Assembly: GCA_017381715.1 (NCBI GenBank)
Contig: JAFOBR010000013.1
Location: forward strand, 12,170-76,169
Source of the DNA: Clostridia bacterium
Lineage (GTDB): Bacteria; Bacillota; Clostridia; Oscillospirales; CAG-382
Direction: 5' to 3'
Length of the DNA: 64,000 nucleotides
Shown: positions 22,964-31,838 of the stretch, one piece after another
How the letters are laid out: each line of letters opens with the position of its first letter
Numbering within the stretch: the stretch's first letter is position 1
Translations under genes and position numbers: made by a program
The notes under the pieces: generated by a model
What the model was told of the DNA's origin: nothing
Database searches by the model: none
What the model saw: only the letters and a program-made list of their open reading frames with translations

Positions 22964-24493
22964 ATGATAACTGTTATAAACTCGGTAGCGTTGTCCGGCA
23001 TCGACGGTATAATGGTATCCGTTGAATCCGGAGCATCCTCTTCCAACAAGCCAAGGCTCGATATAATCGGTTTACCCGACGCAGCTGTCAAAGAAGCATC
23101 GGGCAGAGTATATTCAGCCGCACGTTCGTGCTGTATCAATCTTAAGAAGGGTGTGCTTACGGTAAACCTTGCCCCTGCCGATCTGCGAAAAGAGGGTTCG
23201 GTTTACGATCTTCCCATACTACTTTCCATTACCGACGAAACAAAGCTTAATTTATGCGATCTTTCCAAAAAATGTTTTGTAGGCGAATTGTCTCTTAACG
23301 GAGATGTGCGGAGCATCAACGGCTGTCTTGCAATGGCGGTTGCTGCAAGAGATAACGGATTTAAAGAAATCTACGTGCCTGCGGTAAACGCAAACGAAGC
23401 TTCCGCCGCAGAAGGTATTGACGTATTCCCCGTTAAAAACGTACGCCAGCTTATAAACCACCTTATCGGCGCCGAACCTATAGAAAAAACTTCATTTAAC
23501 CGCGATGATTTTTTAAAAGACATTTCGGCCCATCCTCTGGATTTCAGCGACGTAAAGGGACAAAGCGCCGCAAAATTCGCCGCAGAGATCGCCGCGGCAG
23601 GCGGACACAATCTGCTGCTTATCGGCCCTCCCGGCTCGGGAAAGAGTATGATAGCCTCCAGACTTCCTTCCATACTCCCTCCCCTTTCGCTTAAAGAATC
23701 CATAGAATGTACGGAAATATATTCGGTAGCGGGATTGCTTACGGACGGGCTTATTACAAAGCGTCCTTACAGAAGCCCCCACCATTCCGCATCCCCCAAC
23801 GCTTTGGTCGGCGGCGGCGCAATTCCCCGCCCCGGCGAGATATCACTTGCCCATAACGGCGTGCTTTTCCTTGATGAATTCACCGAATTTCCAAAGGTTA
23901 CCAGAGAAGCGCTGAGGCAGCCGCTGGAAAGCAGAAACGTAACAGTATCCCGTGTAAACAACACTATTACATATCCCGCATCCTTTATGCTGGTGTGCGC
24001 AATGAACCCTTGCAAGTGCGGTTATTTCGGACACCCCACCAGAGAATGCACTTGCTCCCCTGCATCCCGCCACGATTATATTTCAAGAGTTTCCGGCCCT
24101 CTGCTTGACAGAATAGATATCCAGACCGAAGTGCCGCCGCTGGATTACAGAGACCTGCACTGCGACGAGGCTTCCGAAACCAGCGCACAGATACGGGAAA
24201 GAGTTATTAACGCCAGAGAGTTTGCAACCCGCAGATTTAAAGATAAAAACGAGTTTGTACCCAACGCTTCCCTCTCTTCTTCCGAAATGAGAAAGCATTG
24301 TGTTATGACTTCCGAAGCGGAGCAAACGTTGGAAAAAGCATACAAGGTGCTTTCCCTCTCCGCAAGAGGACACGACAGATTACTTAAGGTAGCGCGGACT
24401 ATTGCGGACATACACGAAAGCGAAAAAATAGAAAGAGCCCACATTGCGCAAGCAATGCATTTGCGCTCTCTTGACAGAAAATATTGGTCTTAA
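22964..24493 (+). CDS. comM: YifB/ComM family Mg-chelatase-like AAA+ ATPase
   Basis: ATG 22964 follows GGAGG. The translation has a Lon-protease-like N-domain, Walker A GPPGSGKS and ...GVLFLDEFTEF..., and is 509 aa. Confidence 0.9.
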   Translation: MITVINSVALSGIDGIMVSVESGASSSNKPRLDIIGLPDAAVKEASGRVYSAARSCCINLKKGVLTVNLAPADLRKEGSVYDLPILLSITDETKLNLCDLSKKCFVGELSLNGDVRSINGCLAMAVAARDNGFKEIYVPAVNANEASAAEGIDVFPVKNVRQLINHLIGAEPIEKTSFNRDDFLKDISAHPLDFSDVKGQSAAKFAAEIAAAGGHNLLLIGPPGSGKSMIASRLPSILPPLSLKESIECTEIYSVAGLLTDGLITKRPYRSPHHSASPNALVGGGAIPRPGEISLAHNGVLFLDEFTEFPKVTREALRQPLESRNVTVSRVNNTITYPASFMLVCAMNPCKCGYFGHPTRECTCSPASRHDYISRVSGPLLDRIDIQTEVPPLDYRDLHCDEASETSAQIRERVINAREFATRRFKDKNEFVPNASLSSSEMRKHCVMTSEAEQTLEKAYKVLSLSARGHDRLLKVARTIADIHESEKIERAHIAQAMHLRSLDRKYWS

Positions 24494-24505
24494 TGAGGTA
24501 AACCC

Positions 24506-25213
24506 ATGGATTACGAAGGCAAGCACTTTCCGGAAGAGGAAAGAAAATTAGAAAAAGAACGTTCTTCCAAATTCGGATGGACAATAAAACAGATATTCAG
24601 ATACACCTTTTGGGGAATATGCGCTCTTGTATGGGGTGTAATTCTGTTCCGTATTTTTACCAGCACGGACGCAAGGTTGTTTAAGCAAATGTATTTTTCC
24701 GATGATGCAGCAGTTATTGCGCAAAAGCTTGGTGATGAATTCACCGTGTACGCTTTGCAGACGGCATCTACCATGAACGAAGACGGAACTGTGCAGGTGC
24801 GAAACAATTTCTATGCGGAAGACGCAAAGGAATTTGAAGTGGGTGTTCGCTACCGTATGAAGCGTTTTACCGGCAAGAAAGACGCACAGCTTCCTTTCAC
24901 CGTTGAATTGGTAGATAACAACGGCAACAAATATCCTGTATGCAACGTGGAATTTACCACCAAGAACGATTACGGATTTGCTCGCGTATCCTTCCAAGGC
25001 GTGGAGATAGACAAGACCACCAACCAGTATTACTTTGACGATGGCGATTTTTCCCACGATACGCCCGATATCAACGCCGATAACGGTCAGGTCATAAACA
25101 CACGCACATCTTTGTATCTGTATGTTTATTACGAAGGCAAAGAGGTTGCCAAACTGCAGGTTTATCACGATTTTGCAATTCTTGAAGAAGTAGACTACAA
25201 ACCCGGGAGATAA
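24506..25213 (+). CDS. Hypothetical single-pass membrane protein
   Basis: The protein is 235 aa with RBS GAGGT. It has one N-terminal TM helix (FWGICALVWGVILFRIF) and a beta-rich C-terminal region. I recognise no family. Confidence 0.7.
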   Translation: MDYEGKHFPEEERKLEKERSSKFGWTIKQIFRYTFWGICALVWGVILFRIFTSTDARLFKQMYFSDDAAVIAQKLGDEFTVYALQTASTMNEDGTVQVRNNFYAEDAKEFEVGVRYRMKRFTGKKDAQLPFTVELVDNNGNKYPVCNVEFTTKNDYGFARVSFQGVEIDKTTNQYYFDDGDFSHDTPDINADNGQVINTRTSLYLYVYYEGKEVAKLQVYHDFAILEEVDYKPGR

Positions 25214-25218
25214 TCAAA

Positions 25219-26091
25219 ATGGGAAAAGCTACAAAACTTTATAACAAAACAAAACGTAAAGGCTTGCCTTCCGCAATCGCAGGCGGCATTATGACCGCCG
25301 CGGGCATTGTGTTTTTAATACTCCCCCTAGCAATTGTTTCGGGAGTTGATGGCATCGTACGCAACCTTATATTCCTCGGTGTAGGTGCGGTTTTACTAAT
25401 ATCCGGCTTCTGCTTGCTGATATCGGGGCTGACTCAATGGTTGGTACGTCCCTACGCGGTTGTGTTCACCGACGAAGGCTTGTTCGATTTTACGGGAAAG
25501 CATAAAAACGGAATGTTTATTGAATGGAACAACATAAAAGACGCCCGTATTTACGGTAAGGGAGATGCTGCTTTTATAGGTATAGACCTTATAAGTCTTG
25601 ATATGGCGTATAAGAACATATCCGCTAAACAAAAGCGGGAAATTTGCGAAAACATATCCAACAATATGCCTGCCGTAATTATAAACCAGTACGAGATCAC
25701 CGAACCTATCGGCAGCGTGGTGAAATCCGTTTTACAGATACGTCTGGGCACAAAAACCGATATCTTCAAAATGGAAGAACTTGAAAACGCAGTTAACAAC
25801 GTAGAGCCGCCCGCGTTCTCAAAAGAGGAACTGGATGAGCTTAACAAAACCGGTGACGTTGATTTTTCTTCCAACAAAAAGGAATCAAAAGCTCCCGAAG
25901 CCGTTATCAAAAAAACGGTTACAACAAAAGAACCCGTACCCGAAGAGACCGAAGAAGCTACCGAAGAAGAGCTGAAAAAGCTTGATACCGCCGAAATTAA
26001 TATTTCTTCAACGGAAATGGCGAAGAAAATGTCCGAAACAGCTTCTATCGACGATCTGCTGGCAATGCTTTCCATCGGCGATGACAAATAA
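25219..26091 (+). CDS. Hypothetical 2-TM membrane protein with a PH-like middle region and an acidic tail
   Basis: The protein is 290 aa with RBS GGGAGA. It has two TM helices, then ...VVFTDEGLFDF...IEWNNIKDARIYG..., and a C-terminal E/K-rich tail. Confidence 0.7.
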   Translation: MGKATKLYNKTKRKGLPSAIAGGIMTAAGIVFLILPLAIVSGVDGIVRNLIFLGVGAVLLISGFCLLISGLTQWLVRPYAVVFTDEGLFDFTGKHKNGMFIEWNNIKDARIYGKGDAAFIGIDLISLDMAYKNISAKQKREICENISNNMPAVIINQYEITEPIGSVVKSVLQIRLGTKTDIFKMEELENAVNNVEPPAFSKEELDELNKTGDVDFSSNKKESKAPEAVIKKTVTTKEPVPEETEEATEEELKKLDTAEINISSTEMAKKMSETASIDDLLAMLSIGDDK

Positions 26092-26102
26092 TTAAAAACA
26101 AT

Positions 26103-26136
26103 AAAGAGCAAACACTTTTTTGAGTGTTTGCTCTTT
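26103..26136. terminator. Bidirectional terminator between convergent genes
   Basis: AAAGAGCAAACACT (26103-26116) pairs with AGTGTTTGCTCTTT (26123-26136), a perfect 14-bp stem with T-rich flanks. Confidence 0.75.
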
Positions 26137-26143
26137 CTGTTTC

Positions 26144-27304
26144 TTATTCGATAATCAAAGAATAATCGGAAGCGCCTACCTGATGCGTTATTGCGATTAC
26201 ATAGGGTTTATCGTTGTTCAGCCCTTGCAGTTTAAGGTAAGTTCCGTTTTCCGCGCTGTAATCGTATGCTATCGTTTCTCCAAGATAATTATACACGTGT
26301 ATGCCCATTAGGCATCCGTTTTGGATTTCTTCAAGCACAAGCGTTGCATTGTCTCCTTTGGGCCAGAAGGTATAGTAGTTTATTTGGTCGGCATATTCGA
26401 TACTATCGTTAACTATATCATAGCCCATAATATCTGCTGTTTCTTTTTGGTAACCGATTTGCATTTTGTAATCAGTGTAGCCGATAGACTGGGACACTGT
26501 AACCGTATATCTTTCCCCTGCAACCGCTTCAAATATTGTTGCGCCTTCTCCGTTACCGAGATTATATGATTCGCAAAGGGTTTCTCCCAAACGGTTTGTG
26601 ACACGGAACTCAAGCCCGCAATCGTTCATTACCTCGTAAAAATCAAATCTGTATATTCCGTCGATTTCGGGAGTGAAGATATATCGGTTTTCCTGATTCA
26701 TATACTCCGTGCTGTCATAAACGACAGTGTATCCGCTTATATCGGAGGACATGTTGGGCACCCCTATATTAAGAGTAAAGGTGAAAGCGGAGTAACCTGC
26801 CTCCACGTCTATGTAGTAGGTGTTGCCGGCTTTAACGTCTGCGGAAATACCGTATCCGTTTTTATCTACGTAATCGGACACGATTTCTTCACCGTATTCA
26901 TCCTTGATATACATCCACGCAACGTTACCCGCATACATTTCTGTTATCCAAGCGGAAAGGACACCGTCGACATCTGCAGTGTAAGTATAGGAAATTATTT
27001 CGGTATCATCGTAGAACTCTTCTTCAAATGTGTATATTTCCGCTTTTTCCATTTCTGTTTCGGATTGCCAAAGCTTTTCGATATTCAAAACCTGCTTTGA
27101 TTCGACCTCGGGAACCAATTCTACAGAAATAGATACGTCTTCAAGCAAGCCATCATCGGGTAAAATGATTACACCTTTGAAAGATTCTTCTGACGGCGTT
27201 TTTTCCGAAGACTGTAAATAGCGGAACAAAAGCGTGCAGGATGACATTGAAACACAGAGCACCATACATATTGCCGCAATGGCAAGCTTCTTTAGATTTT
27301 TCAT
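26144..27304 (-). CDS. Lipoprotein with three tandem ~100-aa beta-rich repeats (pre-peptidase-C-terminal-like?)
   Basis: ATG 27304 follows GGAG. The lipobox is ...CVSMSSC. Three related modules end in ...AGYSAFTFTLNIG, ...SIGYTDYKMQIG and ...QVGASDYSLIIE. Confidence 0.75.
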   Translation of the reverse strand: MKNLKKLAIAAICMVLCVSMSSCTLLFRYLQSSEKTPSEESFKGVIILPDDGLLEDVSISVELVPEVESKQVLNIEKLWQSETEMEKAEIYTFEEEFYDDTEIISYTYTADVDGVLSAWITEMYAGNVAWMYIKDEYGEEIVSDYVDKNGYGISADVKAGNTYYIDVEAGYSAFTFTLNIGVPNMSSDISGYTVVYDSTEYMNQENRYIFTPEIDGIYRFDFYEVMNDCGLEFRVTNRLGETLCESYNLGNGEGATIFEAVAGERYTVTVSQSIGYTDYKMQIGYQKETADIMGYDIVNDSIEYADQINYYTFWPKGDNATLVLEEIQNGCLMGIHVYNYLGETIAYDYSAENGTYLKLQGLNNDKPYVIAITHQVGASDYSLIIE

Positions 27305-27386
27305 AAAACACTCCAAAATGCAATTATTAACAATATATTAACATTATACATTTTCAGTTCTTTTTGTCAAGGTGCGTTTTAAACAA

Positions 27387-27413
27387 GGAAACAAAACACT
27401 TCCGTATATCGTA
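27387..27413 (+). promoter_or_regulatory. Candidate ECF-type (autoregulatory?) promoter upstream of the sigma-fusion gene
   Basis: GGAAAC (27387-27392), a 17-nt spacer, then CGTA (27410-27413). Compare the B. subtilis SigW-type TGAAAC-N16-CGTA. It lies about 185 nt upstream of the ATG and is a pattern match only. Confidence 0.25.
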
Positions 27414-27451
27414 CGCAACCAACGATTGAGTTACGTTCAACTTTTAAGTTA

Positions 27452-27480
27452 TTGACTCTCCGGAGTTTGCAATGTATATT
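27452..27480 (+). promoter_or_regulatory. Candidate sigma-A-type promoter upstream of the sigma-fusion gene
   Basis: TTGACT (27452-27457), a 17-nt spacer, then TATATT (27475-27480). Confidence 0.4.
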
Positions 27481-27596
27481 TGTATTTGCAAGGCGATAAA
27501 AAATATTTTTTATTCAAACCCAACCTTTTTATGCTTTTTGACACTCTTATAAGTGAAAGCCCCAAAAACAGGCAACAAAAAATGTGAGGATATGCA

Positions 27597-30227
27597 ATGA
27601 ACGGTTACAAAAACTCAATAGACAAAGACCTGGTGGAAATGACACTTATGGGCGATGAAAACGCATACGAAGAGCTGGTAACGCGCCACGAAAGAAGCGT
27701 ACACGGCACGGCGTATAAGATAACGGGAAACAAATACTCAGCGGAGGACGCTTCGCAGGATGCATTTGTTGCCGCTTGGACAAAGCTTGACACCCTTAAA
27801 GAAAGGGAAAAGTTTGGTTCGTGGATCTGTGCTATTGCCAAAAACTGCGCTTTTCGTATTGCCGACCATTACCGCTGTGCCGTTTCCGATATAAGCTTTG
27901 ACGCACTGGAATACGCTTTATATAACAAAAACGAGGACGAGAAATATCAAAACAGCCTTGACCTTGCGTTTATAAACGAGTATGACCAAAGCGAGAAATT
28001 GCGGGATGCGGTTGAAGCTTTAACCGAAAAGATACGCGAAACCGTTAAATTGCATTATTTTGAAGAGTTATCTGTTGCCGAGATCGCCCAAAAACTTTCC
28101 CTACCGGTGGGGACTGTTAAGTGGCGTCTTTCGGAGGGGCGAAAGCAACTCAGAAAGGAATACGGTATAATGGATAAAGAATACAATGAAAACGAAACTA
28201 TCGTTGAACGTGTAATGAGGCAGGTTGAGGCACTTAAACTACTTGCAAAACAAAACGACAAAACCGAATTTCAAAAACAATACAAAAAAGTTCTGGCAGA
28301 CGTAGAAAGTCTTAAGGATTCTAAAGAAAAATCCCACGCACTTGCAGACGTGCTTATGCACGGTGTCTGGTGGATGGAGGGCGAAAAAAGCGAAGAATTG
28401 TACGAACGCATAAAAGCCGAGGCGTTAGCGGGACACAACGATGACGTTATGCAATCCGTGATATCGAGAGAAGCCGGTAAATACAGCGGAAAAGAACGGG
28501 TTGACTATATGATCAACATTCAAGTTCCGTTTTTGGAAGAACACAATTTCCCTCTTTCTCTGGGATACACTTGGTTCTGGGCAGGTTGGTCTTACGCCTG
28601 CGAAAACGAAATCGAAAATGCGATTGTCTGCTTTAACAAGGTTTTGGAGGTCTTAAAGCCTTCCGACGTATATTACGCCAACGCATTGTCAGCTAAAGAA
28701 TGTGAAAAAATCAGAGAGAATCATAGAAACAAGCAAAGAAAACAGTTTGGCGGTGGTGCGACGGGAGAGGTATATAAGCTTATAAACGGCAGACTGCTCT
28801 TCTGGTCCCAGCCGGGATATTCCTTTGGAAACCCCAGCGACGGTAAAAGTATATTCTGGAACGCGGGACGGTGCGACTGCGTGATATACGATGAGAATAT
28901 GCTCCCTGGGGACGTATACGTTTGCTCCGATAAAAAGAGTACACTGGAGTACCGCAAAAACGGCATTACCGTAGAAACAAAGGCGGGGATTTTTGAAAAC
29001 TGCTCTCTTTGGGTTTTTACGGGGGAAAGATACGGGCTCACAAGCTGTGAAACCTACATTTGCCCCGGAGTGGGAATTGTAAAACAACACTCTGTAAGAT
29101 ACGGCACTGAGACAACTTGGGAACTCAGTACGTACGCGCTAAAAGGCGGAAACGGTCTTATACCCTTTGAAAAGGGCAACCGCTGGGAATACACGCCCCT
29201 GCCTACCGATGGACTTGATGTTGAGGCAAACAGCTATTTTGAGGTACTATCCGCCGAAAAGAATACCTTTGTTGTTACGGCGGGTCACACTTATCAGCTT
29301 TTGGGACTCGGTTCCCCCACTACATGGCAAGGCGCCATGAACAGCTTTACACAAGGATATTATGTAAACGACGGACAGCTAAAAGCGAAAATGATCGACG
29401 TTGAGGAGTACATCCGCCTTGCGGAAAAGTATGCAAAAACGAAACGAGAAAAGGTTATAACCGCAGTTTCTGCCGATGTTATGCGAAGAATTCAAAGGTG
29501 TTATCCCTATATAAATCCCGATTACACCGAAAAAGGCAAATGGAACTTTTTCAGCGCACAATCCGTTTCAAAAAGTGCTGACGGAACACTATGTATTTCC
29601 AATTCCCGAAAAGTATCAAACTTCGGCTTCACCTGGAAGGGCAATATGTGGAATATCGGCACAGAGGGATACAAGGTGCTGTACGGCAATTTCCTTTTGG
29701 AGATACAGCAAGCCATAGGCTGTGTTTGGTCCGACGAATGGATACCCGGATACAAAAAGACCTCCCCCTCCCGTGCGCAAAAGGGTGCGAAATATATCCT
29801 TGAAGTTTTGGATGACGAAACCGTTATTACCCCCTGCGGAACCTTTGAAAATTGCCGCCACGTAACATACAAACTTTCCGGCATGGATAAACACGGCGCC
29901 CAGTTCCAAGGCGGTAAAAAGGATATATGGTATGCGCAGGGAATCGGAATAGTGAAATTCCAAACCGATTACTGGTATGACCGTAACCTTTCCTGCATCT
30001 GGGAGCTGAAAGAGTACCGCAAAACGGGAGAAGGTTACTACCCTATCGTTGACGGTGCATACAGAAAATATGCTCCCGACACCATAGGTGACGGCTGGAA
30101 CGCTTCCGTTGAGCACACCTATGATAGCGACGAAAATGAAACTATAATTTTATTTAACGTGCTGGGCACGAGAAACAGAGCGGAATACGAAGCAGATAAT
30201 GACTGCAACGATTCCGATTATGATTGA
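27597..30227 (+). CDS. ECF (sigma-70 family) sigma factor fused to a ~685-aa soluble C-terminal extension
   Basis: Residues 1-190 read as sigma region 2 (...AYEELVTRHERSVHGTAYKITGN...DASQDAFVAAW...FGSWICAIAKNCAFRIADHYR) and region 4 (...LHYFEELSVAEIAQKLSLPVGTVKWRLSEGRKQLRKEY). The remaining residues are a helical, TPR-like stretch plus two related beta-rich modules. I see no hydrophobic TM segment. Confidence 0.85.
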   Translation: MNGYKNSIDKDLVEMTLMGDENAYEELVTRHERSVHGTAYKITGNKYSAEDASQDAFVAAWTKLDTLKEREKFGSWICAIAKNCAFRIADHYRCAVSDISFDALEYALYNKNEDEKYQNSLDLAFINEYDQSEKLRDAVEALTEKIRETVKLHYFEELSVAEIAQKLSLPVGTVKWRLSEGRKQLRKEYGIMDKEYNENETIVERVMRQVEALKLLAKQNDKTEFQKQYKKVLADVESLKDSKEKSHALADVLMHGVWWMEGEKSEELYERIKAEALAGHNDDVMQSVISREAGKYSGKERVDYMINIQVPFLEEHNFPLSLGYTWFWAGWSYACENEIENAIVCFNKVLEVLKPSDVYYANALSAKECEKIRENHRNKQRKQFGGGATGEVYKLINGRLLFWSQPGYSFGNPSDGKSIFWNAGRCDCVIYDENMLPGDVYVCSDKKSTLEYRKNGITVETKAGIFENCSLWVFTGERYGLTSCETYICPGVGIVKQHSVRYGTETTWELSTYALKGGNGLIPFEKGNRWEYTPLPTDGLDVEANSYFEVLSAEKNTFVVTAGHTYQLLGLGSPTTWQGAMNSFTQGYYVNDGQLKAKMIDVEEYIRLAEKYAKTKREKVITAVSADVMRRIQRCYPYINPDYTEKGKWNFFSAQSVSKSADGTLCISNSRKVSNFGFTWKGNMWNIGTEGYKVLYGNFLLEIQQAIGCVWSDEWIPGYKKTSPSRAQKGAKYILEVLDDETVITPCGTFENCRHVTYKLSGMDKHGAQFQGGKKDIWYAQGIGIVKFQTDYWYDRNLSCIWELKEYRKTGEGYYPIVDGAYRKYAPDTIGDGWNASVEHTYDSDENETIILFNVLGTRNRAEYEADNDCNDSDYD

Positions 30228-30244
30228 TAAGGAGAAAACTGATC

Positions 30245-30943
30245 TTGGAAAAGAAAAACTTTAAAAAATATTTTACCCAAAGCAGCCTGCTGTTCATTAT
30301 CGGAATTATAACCGCGGTTGCAGGCGCACTTCTTTACGGAATCAACTATTTCTTCGTACACGAATACGTGCTGTGGCAAGGTTCTGTCCTTACTCTTGTT
30401 GCCGGAGTGGTTATAGTTATATGCCACTTTTCTATGCGTGTGCGTGACGGCGCGGTAGACGAATACGCCCAATCATTCCACAAAGTAGCAGAACAAGAGC
30501 TGGAAGCTTTTGTAAACGATACAGAAAAGAGACCCGTAAAGGTATTTAATTTTACCACCGGATGTTATGCGGCAGATGATCCCGATGTTAAAAATATGAC
30601 GGTCGGCGGGGATTCAACCCCCAAATGTGAAAAATATTCAAGCACTGCTATACTGTATACTACCCAAAACCTATTTGCCGTAAGTGCAAAGCTGGATCTT
30701 ATAACCGGCGATATAACCGCAGAAAAGACTGTTACACCGCTATCGGATATACTTAACGTAAGTGTTTGCGATAAAAGCTTTACAAAGGAAATAAAGGGTA
30801 AAAACAGATATATTGAATGCTTTAAGCTTTTGGTTGAAACAAAAGAAAACACCTTTTCCTTTGACGTGCGCAACGATGCACTCACCGACGAAGCTATTGT
30901 TAAAATTAGCAGAATGGCAGAAAGTAAAAGACGGGAAAGCTAA
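30245..30943 (+). CDS. Hypothetical 2-TM membrane protein, translationally coupled to the sigma fusion
   Basis: The track start TTG 30224 overlaps the sigma stop. TTG 30245 lies 10 nt after AAGGAG (30229-30234). The protein has two TM helices and a ~150-aa cytoplasmic or extracytoplasmic domain. Confidence 0.7.
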   Translation: MEKKNFKKYFTQSSLLFIIGIITAVAGALLYGINYFFVHEYVLWQGSVLTLVAGVVIVICHFSMRVRDGAVDEYAQSFHKVAEQELEAFVNDTEKRPVKVFNFTTGCYAADDPDVKNMTVGGDSTPKCEKYSSTAILYTTQNLFAVSAKLDLITGDITAEKTVTPLSDILNVSVCDKSFTKEIKGKNRYIECFKLLVETKENTFSFDVRNDALTDEAIVKISRMAESKRRES

Positions 30944-30951
30944 TATATTTA

Positions 30952-31009
30952 CCCCGTAAAAACATTACGGGGAAAGAGAAAAATCAGGGATTACCCCTGC
31001 TTTTTCTCT
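30952..31009. terminator. Two tandem stem-loops between convergent genes
   Basis: CCCCGTAA (30952-30959) pairs with TTACGGGG (30965-30972). AGAGAAAAA (30975-30983) pairs with TTTTTCTCT (31001-31009), with an inner CAGGG/CCCTG pairing. Confidence 0.5.
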
Positions 31010-31783
31010 TTATTCAAACCAATTTACTTTTCTGCTGTTTGCGTGGGCGTACCATTTTTCAAACTCGAAGCAAAGCATATCGCTTCGGTGGGAATCGCTG
31101 TTAAGTAAAATGCTTCCGCCTTTTTCGGTTATTTTATCAAGAATAAAATCCGAAGGATAAGGTTTATCTTTATATCCCCGTATAATAACGCCTGTGTTTA
31201 TTTCAAAAGGCTTTCCCTTTTGTATAAGAACATCTATAGCTTTGAATGCCGCATTTACATATCTCGGGTGCTGTTCATCAAACATAACGCCGTTTTGATT
31301 GAATTTGGTTATTAAATCAAAATGTCCGATAATATCAATATTCTTATTTTCAAGCTTTGATACGGTTTCAAAATACGCTTCGGTAAGGGCATATACGTCC
31401 CCGTAAAAATGCTCAGTTACTGCGTTTCGAAGTGTATCTGCGGAAAGATCCACGGGTATGTAGTATCCGTCTTTTTTAATATAATGGGCGGAACCTATAG
31501 CGTAATCAAAAAGAGAAACGTCTATATCCGAATATACATCCAATTCTATTCCGCAGAGAATATTGATTTTATCACCGTATTTCTCTTTTAAAAGAGTTAT
31601 TTCTTTTATGTATTTTTCTGTTTTTTCCGGAGTCATACAATAATCCGTGTCGAAGGGAGTGTAGGAATGTCCGGAAAAGCCAAGTGTATGCACCCCGCGG
31701 TTTATGGCAGCTTTTACAGTTTCTTCGGCGGTACTTTTTCCGTCGCAATATGTAGTGTGAACGTGATAATCCTTTAAAACCAT
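31010..31783 (-). CDS. Histidinol-phosphatase, HisJ family (PHP domain)
   Basis: The protein is 257 aa, with MVLKDYHVHTTYCDGKS... and ...LGFSGHSY..., the PHP metal-binding His pattern. Confidence 0.85.
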   Translation of the reverse strand: MVLKDYHVHTTYCDGKSTAEETVKAAINRGVHTLGFSGHSYTPFDTDYCMTPEKTEKYIKEITLLKEKYGDKINILCGIELDVYSDIDVSLFDYAIGSAHYIKKDGYYIPVDLSADTLRNAVTEHFYGDVYALTEAYFETVSKLENKNIDIIGHFDLITKFNQNGVMFDEQHPRYVNAAFKAIDVLIQKGKPFEINTGVIIRGYKDKPYPSDFILDKITEKGGSILLNSDSHRSDMLCFEFEKWYAHANSRKVNWFE

Positions 31784-31799
31784 AAATATTCACCTTATA

Positions 31800-31826
31800 C
31801 AAAGGCGGCTTATATTAAGCCGCCTG
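31800..31826 (-). terminator. Terminator after the PPIase lipoprotein gene
   Basis: AGGCGGCTT (31803-31811) pairs with AAGCCGCCT (31817-31825). A T-rich tract follows on the minus strand. Confidence 0.7.
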
Positions 31827-31838
31827 AATTCAGTATTT

